64,000 nucleotides of DNA, from contig QZJF01000017.1 of NCBI GenBank assembly GCA_003599255.1, positions 35,940-99,939 of the forward strand, written 5' to 3'. Source of the stretch: a candidate division WWE3 bacterium (GTDB taxonomy: Bacteria; Patescibacteriota; WWE3; UBA101185; UBA10185). Within the stretch, counting starts at the first letter, position 1; every line of letters starts with the position of its first letter. Below, in pieces: positions 9,396-18,244 of the stretch. The translations under genes and the position numbers were made by a program. The notes under the pieces are model-generated. The model searched no databases. It saw only the letters and a list, made by a program, of their open reading frames with translations, and was not told the DNA's origin.

Positions 9396-10085
9396 TCATA
9401 CTTTTCTGCTGAGTGCAAAACATTTTACATCTGATGCACCATTCTCATATAGTGTTTTTGAGGCCTCCAAAAGAGTGGCGCCGGAAGTACATATATCATC
9501 CGCCAAAAGGAATTTCCCGTGAGTGACCAGATTTTCGTGACCCTTTCTGATGGAAAATGCACCTTTTACGTTGTCGTAGCGGTCTAGTCTGTTGTTTGTG
9601 TACTGAGGTCTTGAGTCAACATTTCTGAGCAATATTCGAGTATTTACAACCATAGAAGTTTTTTTGCTAAGTGCCTTTGTTATGGTAGTTACCTGATTGA
9701 ACCCACGTGTTCTTAGCCTTTCATCTGAGATGGGGACAGGTATCAGTACATATTTGGTCATCTGTGAGAACTCTTCTTTTACAATTTCTGCTGCCGCCTC
9801 TGAAATAATACGTAGTCCAAGAAACTCCCTACGTGCATATTTTGCTCTTCGTATAACAGATCTGACCAGTGAACAGTATTTGAACACAGATACAAAACTC
9901 GAAGGCACTACATCATTTCTGCATGAAAGGTGTGTTGTGCCATCTTCCGAAAACTTGCCACATACTAAACACTCGCTGTACTCCATTGTCACCATTTTTG
10001 ATACGCATAATTCACAGATAAATCTGCCGTCACGTAAGCAGAATAAACATTTCGGAATAAAAATTAAATCTAAAAAGCTATCCAT
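9396..10085 (-). CDS. comF: ComF family protein (double zinc ribbon + phosphoribosyltransferase domain)
   Basis: LDLIFIPKCLFC...ICELC...CLVC, LIPVP...RGFNQ, LLADDICTSGATL. Confidence 0.9.
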   Translation of the reverse strand: MDSFLDLIFIPKCLFCLRDGRFICELCVSKMVTMEYSECLVCGKFSEDGTTHLSCRNDVVPSSFVSVFKYCSLVRSVIRRAKYARREFLGLRIISEAAAEIVKEEFSQMTKYVLIPVPISDERLRTRGFNQVTTITKALSKKTSMVVNTRILLRNVDSRPQYTNNRLDRYDNVKGAFSIRKGHENLVTHGKFLLADDICTSGATLLEASKTLYENGASDVKCFALSRKV

Positions 10086-10224
10086 ATATTATCCACAATC
10101 ACGTATTTGCTGACTTAACAAGATAATCCGCCAACCACACCTATAGTATGATTGATGTCCAGTCCTATAGTTATATATGCGGGGGAGTAATCATTCAATA
10201 CAGTAGATTCCAATGAAATTGGAC

Positions 10225-10270
10225 AAAAAATGGCAGGAAAAGGTGATTTTTAAATCAACCGATTCCTGCC
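10225..10270 (-). terminator. Intrinsic terminator of the small Cys-rich gene
   Basis: GGCAGGAA...TTCCTGCC long hairpin followed by a U6 tract on the minus strand. Confidence 0.65.
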
Positions 10271-10310
10271 TTTCGGCTCTCCCAACTTCGCTACATTTGC
10301 CTAAGTTGTC

Positions 10311-10529
10311 CTATACAGGACAGGGCTTGCCGGATACTAGTGCGGCTTTGCAGGATCCACAAATTCGTCTACCGCACGACGGGCATCTGTTTGAGAATTT
10401 TGAACCGTTCTCTCCTTTCTCAGTTTCACAATGCCCACAAATTTTGCCGTCGGAAGACGGTATCCACCCTGCCATCTGGACAATCATTGCCGTAAGTACG
10501 GCGGCCACAAAAAACGTAAGATGTTTCAT
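10311..10529 (-). CDS. Small Cys-rich protein (hydrophobic N-terminus + putative zinc finger)
   Basis: GGAGG SD 4 nt upstream, own terminator; CGHC...CPSC...CGSC...C. Confidence 0.65.
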   Translation of the reverse strand: MKHLTFFVAAVLTAMIVQMAGWIPSSDGKICGHCETEKGENGSKFSNRCPSCGRRICGSCKAALVSGKPCPV

Positions 10530-10649
10530 TCAAACCTCCGGGTTGTCTGGTCTAGCCTTGTTTTCGGCTGTCGGGAAAGTGAAAACAGTATACTACCTTA
10601 TGGATTTTTTCCAAATTTATGCAACAATCTGGTAAATTCGGATACTAAG

Positions 10650-12047
10650 ATGGACGAAAAAACGAAAAAAGAGATGGATAGTCTGGCAAAGATCAGAGAC
10701 TTCTATATCAACAAAAACAATTACTATTACACACAGCTGGTAAAACATATAAACTTGTTGCTTAACAAAAAGGGTTCTGTACTTGAACTTGGATGCGGAA
10801 CCGGGTACGTGCTAAATAAGCTCCACGGCATAGCAAAAACAGGTATAGATATTTCTCAGGAAATGATAGAAATATCAAAAGAAAAGTACTCAGGTATTGA
10901 ATTTGTATGCACGGAAAAACCCGAAACTCTCGGAAAGAAGTTTGAATACATAATAGTATCGGATACGCTTGGATATCTTTCTGATATACAGGAATTTTTA
11001 GGAACCATAAAACCTCTTTTCGAAAGAGAGTCCCGTCTTATCATTACCATTCACAATCACATTTGGAATCCGATTTTAAGATTGGCGGAATCTTTCAAGT
11101 TAAAAATGCCCTATGTTCATGAAAATTGGCTTCAGCAGTCCGAAGTTATCAACCTACTTAACCTCGAGGAATATCAGGTAATTTCTCATTCCAGAAAAGT
11201 CCTGTTACCTATTTACATACCGTTCGTCTCAAACTTTATTAACAGATATATTGCCCCGCTCCCAATCATAAATTGGTTTTGCCTGATAGAAATTATTGTT
11301 GCAAGGCTGGTTCCGCTACAAAAAGATTATTCCGTTAGCGTAATTGTGCCTGCGCGCAACGAAGAGGGTAACATATCAAAAATAATTAATGGGGTACCTA
11401 ATATGGGAAACGGAACCGAACTAATATTTATTGAGGGAAATTCGTCCGATAAAACATATGAGGCAATTCAAAGTGAATCGGAAAAGTATTTAGGGGAGAT
11501 CGACATAAAGTACTTTAAGCAAAACGGAACCGGTAAAAAAGACGCTGTATACAAGGGTTTCGAAAAGGCGACGGGAGAAATACTAATGATTCTGGACGCG
11601 GATGCCACTGTAAAACCGGCGGAATTGAAAAAGTTCTATGCTGCCATTTCGAAAGGTAAGGGCGAATTCATTTATGGATCAAGGCTAGTTTATCCAATGG
11701 AAAAGGAGGCTATGCAAACCCTAAACCAAATTGCAAATGAAGCATTCGCCTCAATTTTCAGTTGGATTTTTAATCAACGCATCACGGACACACTATGCGG
11801 AACCAAGGTACTATTTAAATCCGACTGGGAATCTCTAAAATCGGATATCATGAGTTTCGGAAAAAACGATCCGTTTGGTGATTTTGACCTTTTATTTGGT
11901 GCGTATAAAGGTAACCTTAAATTTCTGGAGATTCCGATAAAATATCGGGCCAGGGACTATGGAAACACAAATATCAGCAGATTTAAAAACGGGGGGGATC
12001 TACTCAAGATGACTTTTAAAGCTGCCGGAAGAATAAAATTCGTATGA
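10650..12047 (+). CDS. Bifunctional class I SAM methyltransferase / GT2 glycosyltransferase
   Basis: VLELGCGTG; then SVIVPARNEEGNI, IEGNSSD, ILDAD, TDTLCGTK, DPFGDFDLLFGA. Start set at ATG 10650. Confidence 0.88.
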   Translation: MDEKTKKEMDSLAKIRDFYINKNNYYYTQLVKHINLLLNKKGSVLELGCGTGYVLNKLHGIAKTGIDISQEMIEISKEKYSGIEFVCTEKPETLGKKFEYIIVSDTLGYLSDIQEFLGTIKPLFERESRLIITIHNHIWNPILRLAESFKLKMPYVHENWLQQSEVINLLNLEEYQVISHSRKVLLPIYIPFVSNFINRYIAPLPIINWFCLIEIIVARLVPLQKDYSVSVIVPARNEEGNISKIINGVPNMGNGTELIFIEGNSSDKTYEAIQSESEKYLGEIDIKYFKQNGTGKKDAVYKGFEKATGEILMILDADATVKPAELKKFYAAISKGKGEFIYGSRLVYPMEKEAMQTLNQIANEAFASIFSWIFNQRITDTLCGTKVLFKSDWESLKSDIMSFGKNDPFGDFDLLFGAYKGNLKFLEIPIKYRARDYGNTNISRFKNGGDLLKMTFKAAGRIKFV

Positions 12048-12775
12048 GTATTCTGGAAAAACACAAAAAAGCATGGGATTCAAACGAAGTGCTCAGATAC
12101 GTATATTGCAAATGGTATAAACAAATAGTAGCTGATCTAAGCCAAAAAGGCACCGAACAGGAAAAAACTGTTGAGATCGGTTCAGGAATTGGCAGTTTTA
12201 AAGAATTTTATCCCAAATGCATATCTACCGATATTGGAGACAACCCCAATGCGGAAATGCGCTTTGATGCACACGAGATGCCTTTTGAAAACGAAAGCGT
12301 AGATAATTTAGTTCTCATTGACGTATTGCACCATTTGCAGAATCCTTTGAAATTTCTCGGAGAGGGCGCACGTGTTCTCAAAAAGGGTGGAAGGCTCATC
12401 ATGCTCGAACCGTACCCTTCCATTATGTCACGGTTGATTTTTGGAATGTTTCACCGGGAACCGTTTGACTTCAGGATCAACATCTACAATGTGAATCAAA
12501 ATTCCGATAAGGATCCATGGGAGGGCAACCAAGCTATACCGTATTTAATTTTTTGTAAGAATGGTTCAAAGTTTGAGGATGATTTTGGGGGCGCTTACAT
12601 TATCAGGAAAAAAGATTTTGTCACTACACTTGTTTATCCTGTGTCGGGTGGATTTAGCTTCGGCCCCCTATTGAGTGGGAATCTTGTTAGTACTGTTGAG
12701 AAATTTAACCGAATCACCGCCAAATTCCCCGGACTATTCGCCTTTAGAATCTATATTGTGTTAGAGAAAAAATAA
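12044..12775 (+). CDS. Class I SAM-dependent methyltransferase
   Basis: VEIGSGIG, DAHEMPF, DVLHHL, RVLKKGGRLIMLEP. ATGA overlap with the upstream gene. Confidence 0.88.
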   Translation: MSILEKHKKAWDSNEVLRYVYCKWYKQIVADLSQKGTEQEKTVEIGSGIGSFKEFYPKCISTDIGDNPNAEMRFDAHEMPFENESVDNLVLIDVLHHLQNPLKFLGEGARVLKKGGRLIMLEPYPSIMSRLIFGMFHREPFDFRINIYNVNQNSDKDPWEGNQAIPYLIFCKNGSKFEDDFGGAYIIRKKDFVTTLVYPVSGGFSFGPLLSGNLVSTVEKFNRITAKFPGLFAFRIYIVLEKK

Positions 12776-12779
12776 CTTT

Positions 12780-13187
12780 TGGCGGAGATGGCGGGAATCG
12801 AACCCACGTGCTGAAAAAACTGCATATAAGTCCTACAAGCTTAGTCAAGTTTATCTTAGGCAGGAATGGTACATGACAAACCTATACCTGCAGCAAGTCC
12901 GACGGGTTACCCTTTTGAGATTACCTCTCCCGGCACTAATACTAGGACTACCTTTACAAGCGGCCTCATCTCGGTTTTATAAAGATCTTAATTCCCTTCC
13001 GAGCAAGCGATGTAAGACCTGCAGTCTAAATAAATTAGGCTGCTACACCGGCGTATGCGGGAACCGCAACATCGGCGTATGCGAAGTCATTATCTTCGGC
13101 ATTTATATTTTTGCTGTATTTTACGCAGTACAGCACTTCGGCCTGCACTTATATTTGGTTATTTCCAGTCAAATCCTGGTCATCTCC
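12780..13187 (-). ncRNA. ssrA: tmRNA; tag reading frame 13100..13035 encodes AEDNDFAYADVAVPAYAGVAA*
   Basis: 5' GGAGATG-ACCAGGATTTGAC pairs with 3' CATCTCC-G-CCA. T-arm GTGGG-TTCGATT-CCCGC, helix 2 CTGGAAA/TTTTCAG, ATAAAT-GCC resume context, tag ending in AA. Lies directly downstream of smpB. Confidence 0.95.
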
Positions 13188-13240
13188 ATTTTTAAAAGTA
13201 GAATTTTGTGCCGGAATTATAGCAAATAAAACCCGAAGCT

Positions 13241-13711
13241 TCAAGCCTCTATAATGCGTTTTATCTCTTTGGTATCACGCTCGAGATCCTTCTGAATTTG
13301 CCTGTCTTTTGCGGTCTGTTTCTTTTCGTATTCCTTCTTTCCTTTCACAACAGCAAATTCCAGCTTTATATAATTATTGTTCATCACCAATGCTAAAGGA
13401 ACGGCAGTCCTGCCTTTTTGTGTGAGTTCCTTTCGGATTTCTTCAATTTCGTTGGCGTTAAGCAGCAGGTCTCTGTTCCGCTTTTCATCTCCTAGACCTG
13501 AAGGCCTGCCCTTTTTGGAATAGGTTCCTATATGCATGTTTACAACACAGGGGCGCCCCTCGAAAAGCTGAACATAAGTACCTTCAAAACTGACTTTCTT
13601 TTCTCTGACTGCCTTAACCTCATCCCCCCGCAAAGCTATACCGGCAACGTATTTTTCTATTATAGTATGGTCGTGCAGAGCACCCCTGTTTTTCGCTAGT
13701 AATAAAGACAT
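13241..13711 (-). CDS. smpB: SsrA-binding protein SmpB
   Basis: NRGALHDH...AGIALRGDEVKAVR...RNRDLLL...VPL...GKKEYEKKQTAKDR. Confidence 0.95.
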   Translation of the reverse strand: MSLLLAKNRGALHDHTIIEKYVAGIALRGDEVKAVREKKVSFEGTYVQLFEGRPCVVNMHIGTYSKKGRPSGLGDEKRNRDLLLNANEIEEIRKELTQKGRTAVPLALVMNNNYIKLEFAVVKGKKEYEKKQTAKDRQIQKDLERDTKEIKRIIEA

Positions 13712-13791
13712 ATAATAACTTTCAATCTTTAACTCTCAATATACACAAATCTTCAAAAAAAGTAATGTTCGATGTTATAATTGCAATTGAA

Positions 13792-16700
13792 ATGGTACGC
13801 AGTATCCTTCGAAAAAAAACTTTTAAATCTTTTCTGTTTTTATCCTTGATAAGTCTTATAAGCGCGGGTACATTTCATGTTTTTGCTCAGGGTGTAGGAG
13901 ACAATTATGTTATGGGAGGTCCCCCTCCATGGTGTCCTCCCCCTGAACATCCGGGACTTTCCTCTGTGTGCGGAACGGTGAGAGGTTCTCAACTCGAAGT
14001 GGACGGACGTGGTAATTACATGCCTAATCTCCCGAAGGAAGGTATTACAGTAGCTATTTATGAGGAAAACCCTCTTACACCTACAGGAAAAGTTAGTGAC
14101 GAAACAATAAATGCTGAGGGTGCCCTTTCTAATATTTTTGCCTCTACATCTACAAACAGCGAGGGCCGCTATCATATCGTGATGAGAAAAGTCGGACCTC
14201 CGATGGTCAGAACACACCTCGTTTTTCTGTGTGGAAGTACTGTTGTAGGTCATAAAGAGCTTGATTCCTGGCATGATTACTGGGAAGTGAACGAACAGGT
14301 AAACTGTCCTGGAACTCCTGCGTATACACTTCCCGGGTTTCCCCAAAACTATGTCGATCGATCGGGGTTTTTAGGATGTTTTAATGACCCTGTTGTGGAT
14401 ATTCCCACCGGACTGTCCAAAAACGAACAACCGACGGTAAACAACATTGGGAGGGAGGACAATTATGATCACAGGTATAATAGAAATACTTTCAGTTTTA
14501 CACATCCATTTCCTGATCCACCGGTACCGCCTTTGAGTTTTGAAAGTCCAGGAGGTTTGTGGGAACCGGACTGCTTATTAAGGAAAAACAAATACCTGTG
14601 TAATGCCGGCCCTGCGAATGCCGCGCCACCGGCCCCGACATCTTGTGATTGGAATACACTGAGCACTCAACCCCAGATAGACAATCGGGACACCCCCCTC
14701 TGGTATGCCGGATATACGGTAGATGGTGAGCTTTGCGAGGACCCCTACACCCCTATGCAAGAAGATGATAGGAGAGACTATATTACAAGACCGTTCTTTA
14801 TGTTTATTCCTAAAATCGCAACCACAACAGAGGGATATCGACGATTTGATATACGCGTAAATCTTGAAAACTACATCGCGGACCCTCTGATACCGCTTCA
14901 GTGGATGTGCAAATTTTGGGGATGCTCTGCAGGGGCGCCCAGTGAGCCTCCGCATGTGTTCCTTAGAAAATTCATGCAGGATAATACAACGTTAGATCTT
15001 CTTCCGGACTGTGAAGAACTGAATAAGAGGAATAATGCCTATAAGATTTTCAGAAATCCCGAAAGAAATAAACAATTAAACGGGGGTCCGTTTGGAGGCA
15101 TGGCTTCTCCTTCTGATGATTTGGAAAACGCATACTACGCATCACTTAGAGACCTTAGTGAGCCTATCTGCGTTACACCCACGAGAGATCAAACCAATCC
15201 CGTGCGACTATGCGAAATTCAACCGACATGGTCACCTGCAGGGGTTTGTACCGTAGGAACTCCGGGATGCAATGACCCCGAATTTTCAACAAGATTGAAT
15301 CAGACGCTTAGTACGGCAACTGACCCCAACGTCATAACAGGTATTACTAATGCCCTGTCCTTATGCACCGGTGATTTTGTTCTTGGCAGTGAATACTTCC
15401 CAACTGACGCAATTTTCAGAAATCAAGCTTCATACACCGGAATGACTTCCAGGACAGCCAATGACTCACAAGGTAACACTGCAACCAAAAAACCGGTTGT
15501 ACACGAAGCTTTTGACTCCGAAGATGTAAGTACTCATGAGTCAGGATCCAGGGCAGTACAAGATCCCGGCGGTAGATTCAAAGGCAATTCCGCATTGAGC
15601 CCGGAATCCGTAATAAACCTTCAAATGCAGGTACCGGGAGCGGAATCGATGACTGATCCGTTTACAATACCTTATGCTGATGTCAAAGTTGATTATCTGG
15701 ACGAAGTTAGCTGGGGTATGGCGGATTTCGGAACGAATCAAATACCTAAATGTACCATTGGAAATCCCTTTAGCTATTTGTTGAATACGTTAGCCCAGGA
15801 ATCAGATACAAATTTTCATCCGGATAACATCTATAGGGGTAATTTGGATCATGTAGAACATAGGGCGGTAGGAACCGGAACCTTCTATCCCTCACTAGAT
15901 TCTAAGGATAGAGATATTGCTATGGGAACCAGAACATTTATCGGATATTACTGGGGAGTCGGCTTCAGGGAGTTAGGTGTCCAAAGCGATCTGGTAAATA
16001 TAGCGTTAAATACTTTATGGGGAAGAGACGTTTGGGACAGTATATTGTCTATAGCGGGCGGTGACACCAATATCCATAACTTCACATTTGACATAGGCGC
16101 CGTATTGGCAACCGGGTGGGATGCGCTTGCAACACCGGAGCATATTTTTAAAACATTCGGGGACAGAGACCCCTCACAACAAACCCCATTTGAGAAGCCT
16201 TACTATGAAATAGAGTATCCCGTTAATGAAGCCAATTTCACCACATTCTTTGAATTACCAAGTATAGCTGCCGGAGATCAACTGCTTCCTACTGATTGGG
16301 GTCCTGCACACGTTTGTTATGCCTTTGATCCTCCAAATCCAAATGTACCTGAGGGAGAAGTGTGTGGCACGTACAGAGAAGATCCTGATGGAATATCAAG
16401 AACGTGTCGTGTAGATGAATGTATTGCTTTCTGGCAGGTCGAGAGCCAAAGATGTGAGTGTACAACCAGCGATGGAGTTAACTTTAATTGTGACTGGGAA
16501 GATCCTACATGGGACATTGATTTCGGCGATTGCGATGTGACTGAACGTCTTGAATGCGCATTTGAACAGGAAACAACTCCAAGGAGCGCGGACGGCAGAC
16601 TTGGAGGAGGAGATCCTGAAGCACCTAATGAAATCATCCACGATGAGGACCCGGATGTGGATCCGGGCAACGGTGGAACTCACGACGATTATGTCGGTTG

Positions 16701-18075
16701 CTATAACAGTAGTGGCGGCAGATGTCCTTACGATCCCCCCAGTGTCGAAGCGACTCATAACTGTACTGATAGCAATATTAACTGGAGCAATTGCTTTGAT
16801 TCATTAGGTGTATGGATCTGCGGAACCATAACAAGGGGGTACACCCGTACTACCACAGGGGATACAAAACCACGCTGCGATATGTCCGTTGCAGGACCTT
16901 TAAAGGGCGGTATTGGATGCAATGCCACACTAACAATAGGCGATGTTGCCTTGAGATACAGTCAACAAAATCCATATGACCCGGGCGACACAATCAACCC
17001 TTATTACAAGCCCCAAGTAAACCTGGATGATATGTACATATCCGGGGTAAAGCTTTCCCTTTCTTTCAGAGCGCCTTATCATCCCGCAGTGAAAGGTTCT
17101 AAAAAGGCGACTTTGGATGCAAGAACCACAAACAGTCCTATGGCCACCGAATATGCTTATACTTACGGTGCGGAATTAGATACCGGAGGATGGTCGGACT
17201 ACGCCAATATTGCTCTTATAGCTACTCCTCCGGTTTTCGACGGCGACCCGACGGATGACCTCGCAGAATTGTTCTATCACTGCGATACCATAGGCTCCTT
17301 TACACCTATTGGAGCAAACGATCCTCCTGCCGTGCAAGTTGCAAGTATGAATGTACTTACAACATATGATCCTGAATTAGGATTAGCGGTGACAGACACA
17401 GATGGGGACGGGGTAGCCGATGCAGCATTAATGGGCTGGCAATGTCCAATAGACAACGAACCGGTACCTCCTGTAGCCGAGTTGTCTGATGTCAGCAACA
17501 ATTGTACGGTAGACGCAGGCACTCTTGCTTCTTGCGGGGCAGCGTTTCCCGAAGTACCGGATTTACTCTCAGAAACATTTAGAATTGTAATAAATAACGC
17601 CGCCACCAGATTCGATATACCAGCGGGCGCCCTAATTGCAATTCTTGCCAACGAGGGTGGTTTTGCCTCTGTTTATCATTCTCTGTGGGCAGATGATCTC
17701 ACGGTGCAAAGATGGAGCCTTCCTTACTACGGACGTATGGATGTTGGGGGGCCTGTAACATGTATCGATATGGTATGGTCGGCACAAGGTCCTTATCAAT
17801 TCCTCAAAACTTCATTTGACTCCTTCCTGGCACAATCGGGCGCTCCAAATGAAAGCCTTTGTGCGGCATTAAATGAAATTTCACCGGGCAGATGTCTGTC
17901 TGCCAGCAGATGCAATTTCCTCGATGCATCGTACGCCGCAGCAAGACATATGCAAGCGGGAGGAACTTGCGGCAGCTTTAACTTCGCCACTGCGATGGAC
18001 AGTTATAGCGGGGGATCAATTGCGATTGAGGGAGATATCGGATATCTTCAGAGCATATACAACGCATGTAATTAA
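13792..18075 (+). CDS. Giant exported Cys/Pro/Asp-rich protein with C-terminal lysozyme-like (SLT) domain
   Basis: Signal peptide ending VFA-Q and many paired Cys. C-terminal AATRFDIPAGALIAILANEGG...AQGPYQF...NFLDASYAAARHM matches transglycosylase motifs. Start is 13792 (after TGTTATAAT) or 13765. Confidence 0.7.
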   Translation: MVRSILRKKTFKSFLFLSLISLISAGTFHVFAQGVGDNYVMGGPPPWCPPPEHPGLSSVCGTVRGSQLEVDGRGNYMPNLPKEGITVAIYEENPLTPTGKVSDETINAEGALSNIFASTSTNSEGRYHIVMRKVGPPMVRTHLVFLCGSTVVGHKELDSWHDYWEVNEQVNCPGTPAYTLPGFPQNYVDRSGFLGCFNDPVVDIPTGLSKNEQPTVNNIGREDNYDHRYNRNTFSFTHPFPDPPVPPLSFESPGGLWEPDCLLRKNKYLCNAGPANAAPPAPTSCDWNTLSTQPQIDNRDTPLWYAGYTVDGELCEDPYTPMQEDDRRDYITRPFFMFIPKIATTTEGYRRFDIRVNLENYIADPLIPLQWMCKFWGCSAGAPSEPPHVFLRKFMQDNTTLDLLPDCEELNKRNNAYKIFRNPERNKQLNGGPFGGMASPSDDLENAYYASLRDLSEPICVTPTRDQTNPVRLCEIQPTWSPAGVCTVGTPGCNDPEFSTRLNQTLSTATDPNVITGITNALSLCTGDFVLGSEYFPTDAIFRNQASYTGMTSRTANDSQGNTATKKPVVHEAFDSEDVSTHESGSRAVQDPGGRFKGNSALSPESVINLQMQVPGAESMTDPFTIPYADVKVDYLDEVSWGMADFGTNQIPKCTIGNPFSYLLNTLAQESDTNFHPDNIYRGNLDHVEHRAVGTGTFYPSLDSKDRDIAMGTRTFIGYYWGVGFRELGVQSDLVNIALNTLWGRDVWDSILSIAGGDTNIHNFTFDIGAVLATGWDALATPEHIFKTFGDRDPSQQTPFEKPYYEIEYPVNEANFTTFFELPSIAAGDQLLPTDWGPAHVCYAFDPPNPNVPEGEVCGTYREDPDGISRTCRVDECIAFWQVESQRCECTTSDGVNFNCDWEDPTWDIDFGDCDVTERLECAFEQETTPRSADGRLGGGDPEAPNEIIHDEDPDVDPGNGGTHDDYVGCYNSSGGRCPYDPPSVEATHNCTDSNINWSNCFDSLGVWICGTITRGYTRTTTGDTKPRCDMSVAGPLKGGIGCNATLTIGDVALRYSQQNPYDPGDTINPYYKPQVNLDDMYISGVKLSLSFRAPYHPAVKGSKKATLDARTTNSPMATEYAYTYGAELDTGGWSDYANIALIATPPVFDGDPTDDLAELFYHCDTIGSFTPIGANDPPAVQVASMNVLTTYDPELGLAVTDTDGDGVADAALMGWQCPIDNEPVPPVAELSDVSNNCTVDAGTLASCGAAFPEVPDLLSETFRIVINNAATRFDIPAGALIAILANEGGFASVYHSLWADDLTVQRWSLPYYGRMDVGGPVTCIDMVWSAQGPYQFLKTSFDSFLAQSGAPNESLCAALNEISPGRCLSASRCNFLDASYAAARHMQAGGTCGSFNFATAMDSYSGGSIAIEGDIGYLQSIYNACN

Positions 18076-18244
18076 TCGCAATGCACGTACCACCCCCGAC
18101 GCTATCAACCGACAAACTCAACAAACACACACGCAGACATCGATAAACAAGGGGTTCATTAAATTAACTGTTTACCTGTTTGAAAACATGAAAATGAAAC
18201 TAAGTAATTGGTAATTGATGAGTTGATGCTCGTCGACAGAAAGC

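Noticed and set aside
10431-10649. N-terminal extension of the methyltransferase/GT2 ORF
   Set aside because: It overlaps the opposite-strand small gene and its promoter, and has no domain-like sequence.
12873-13229. 118-aa plus-strand ORF
   Set aside because: Antisense to tmRNA; spurious.
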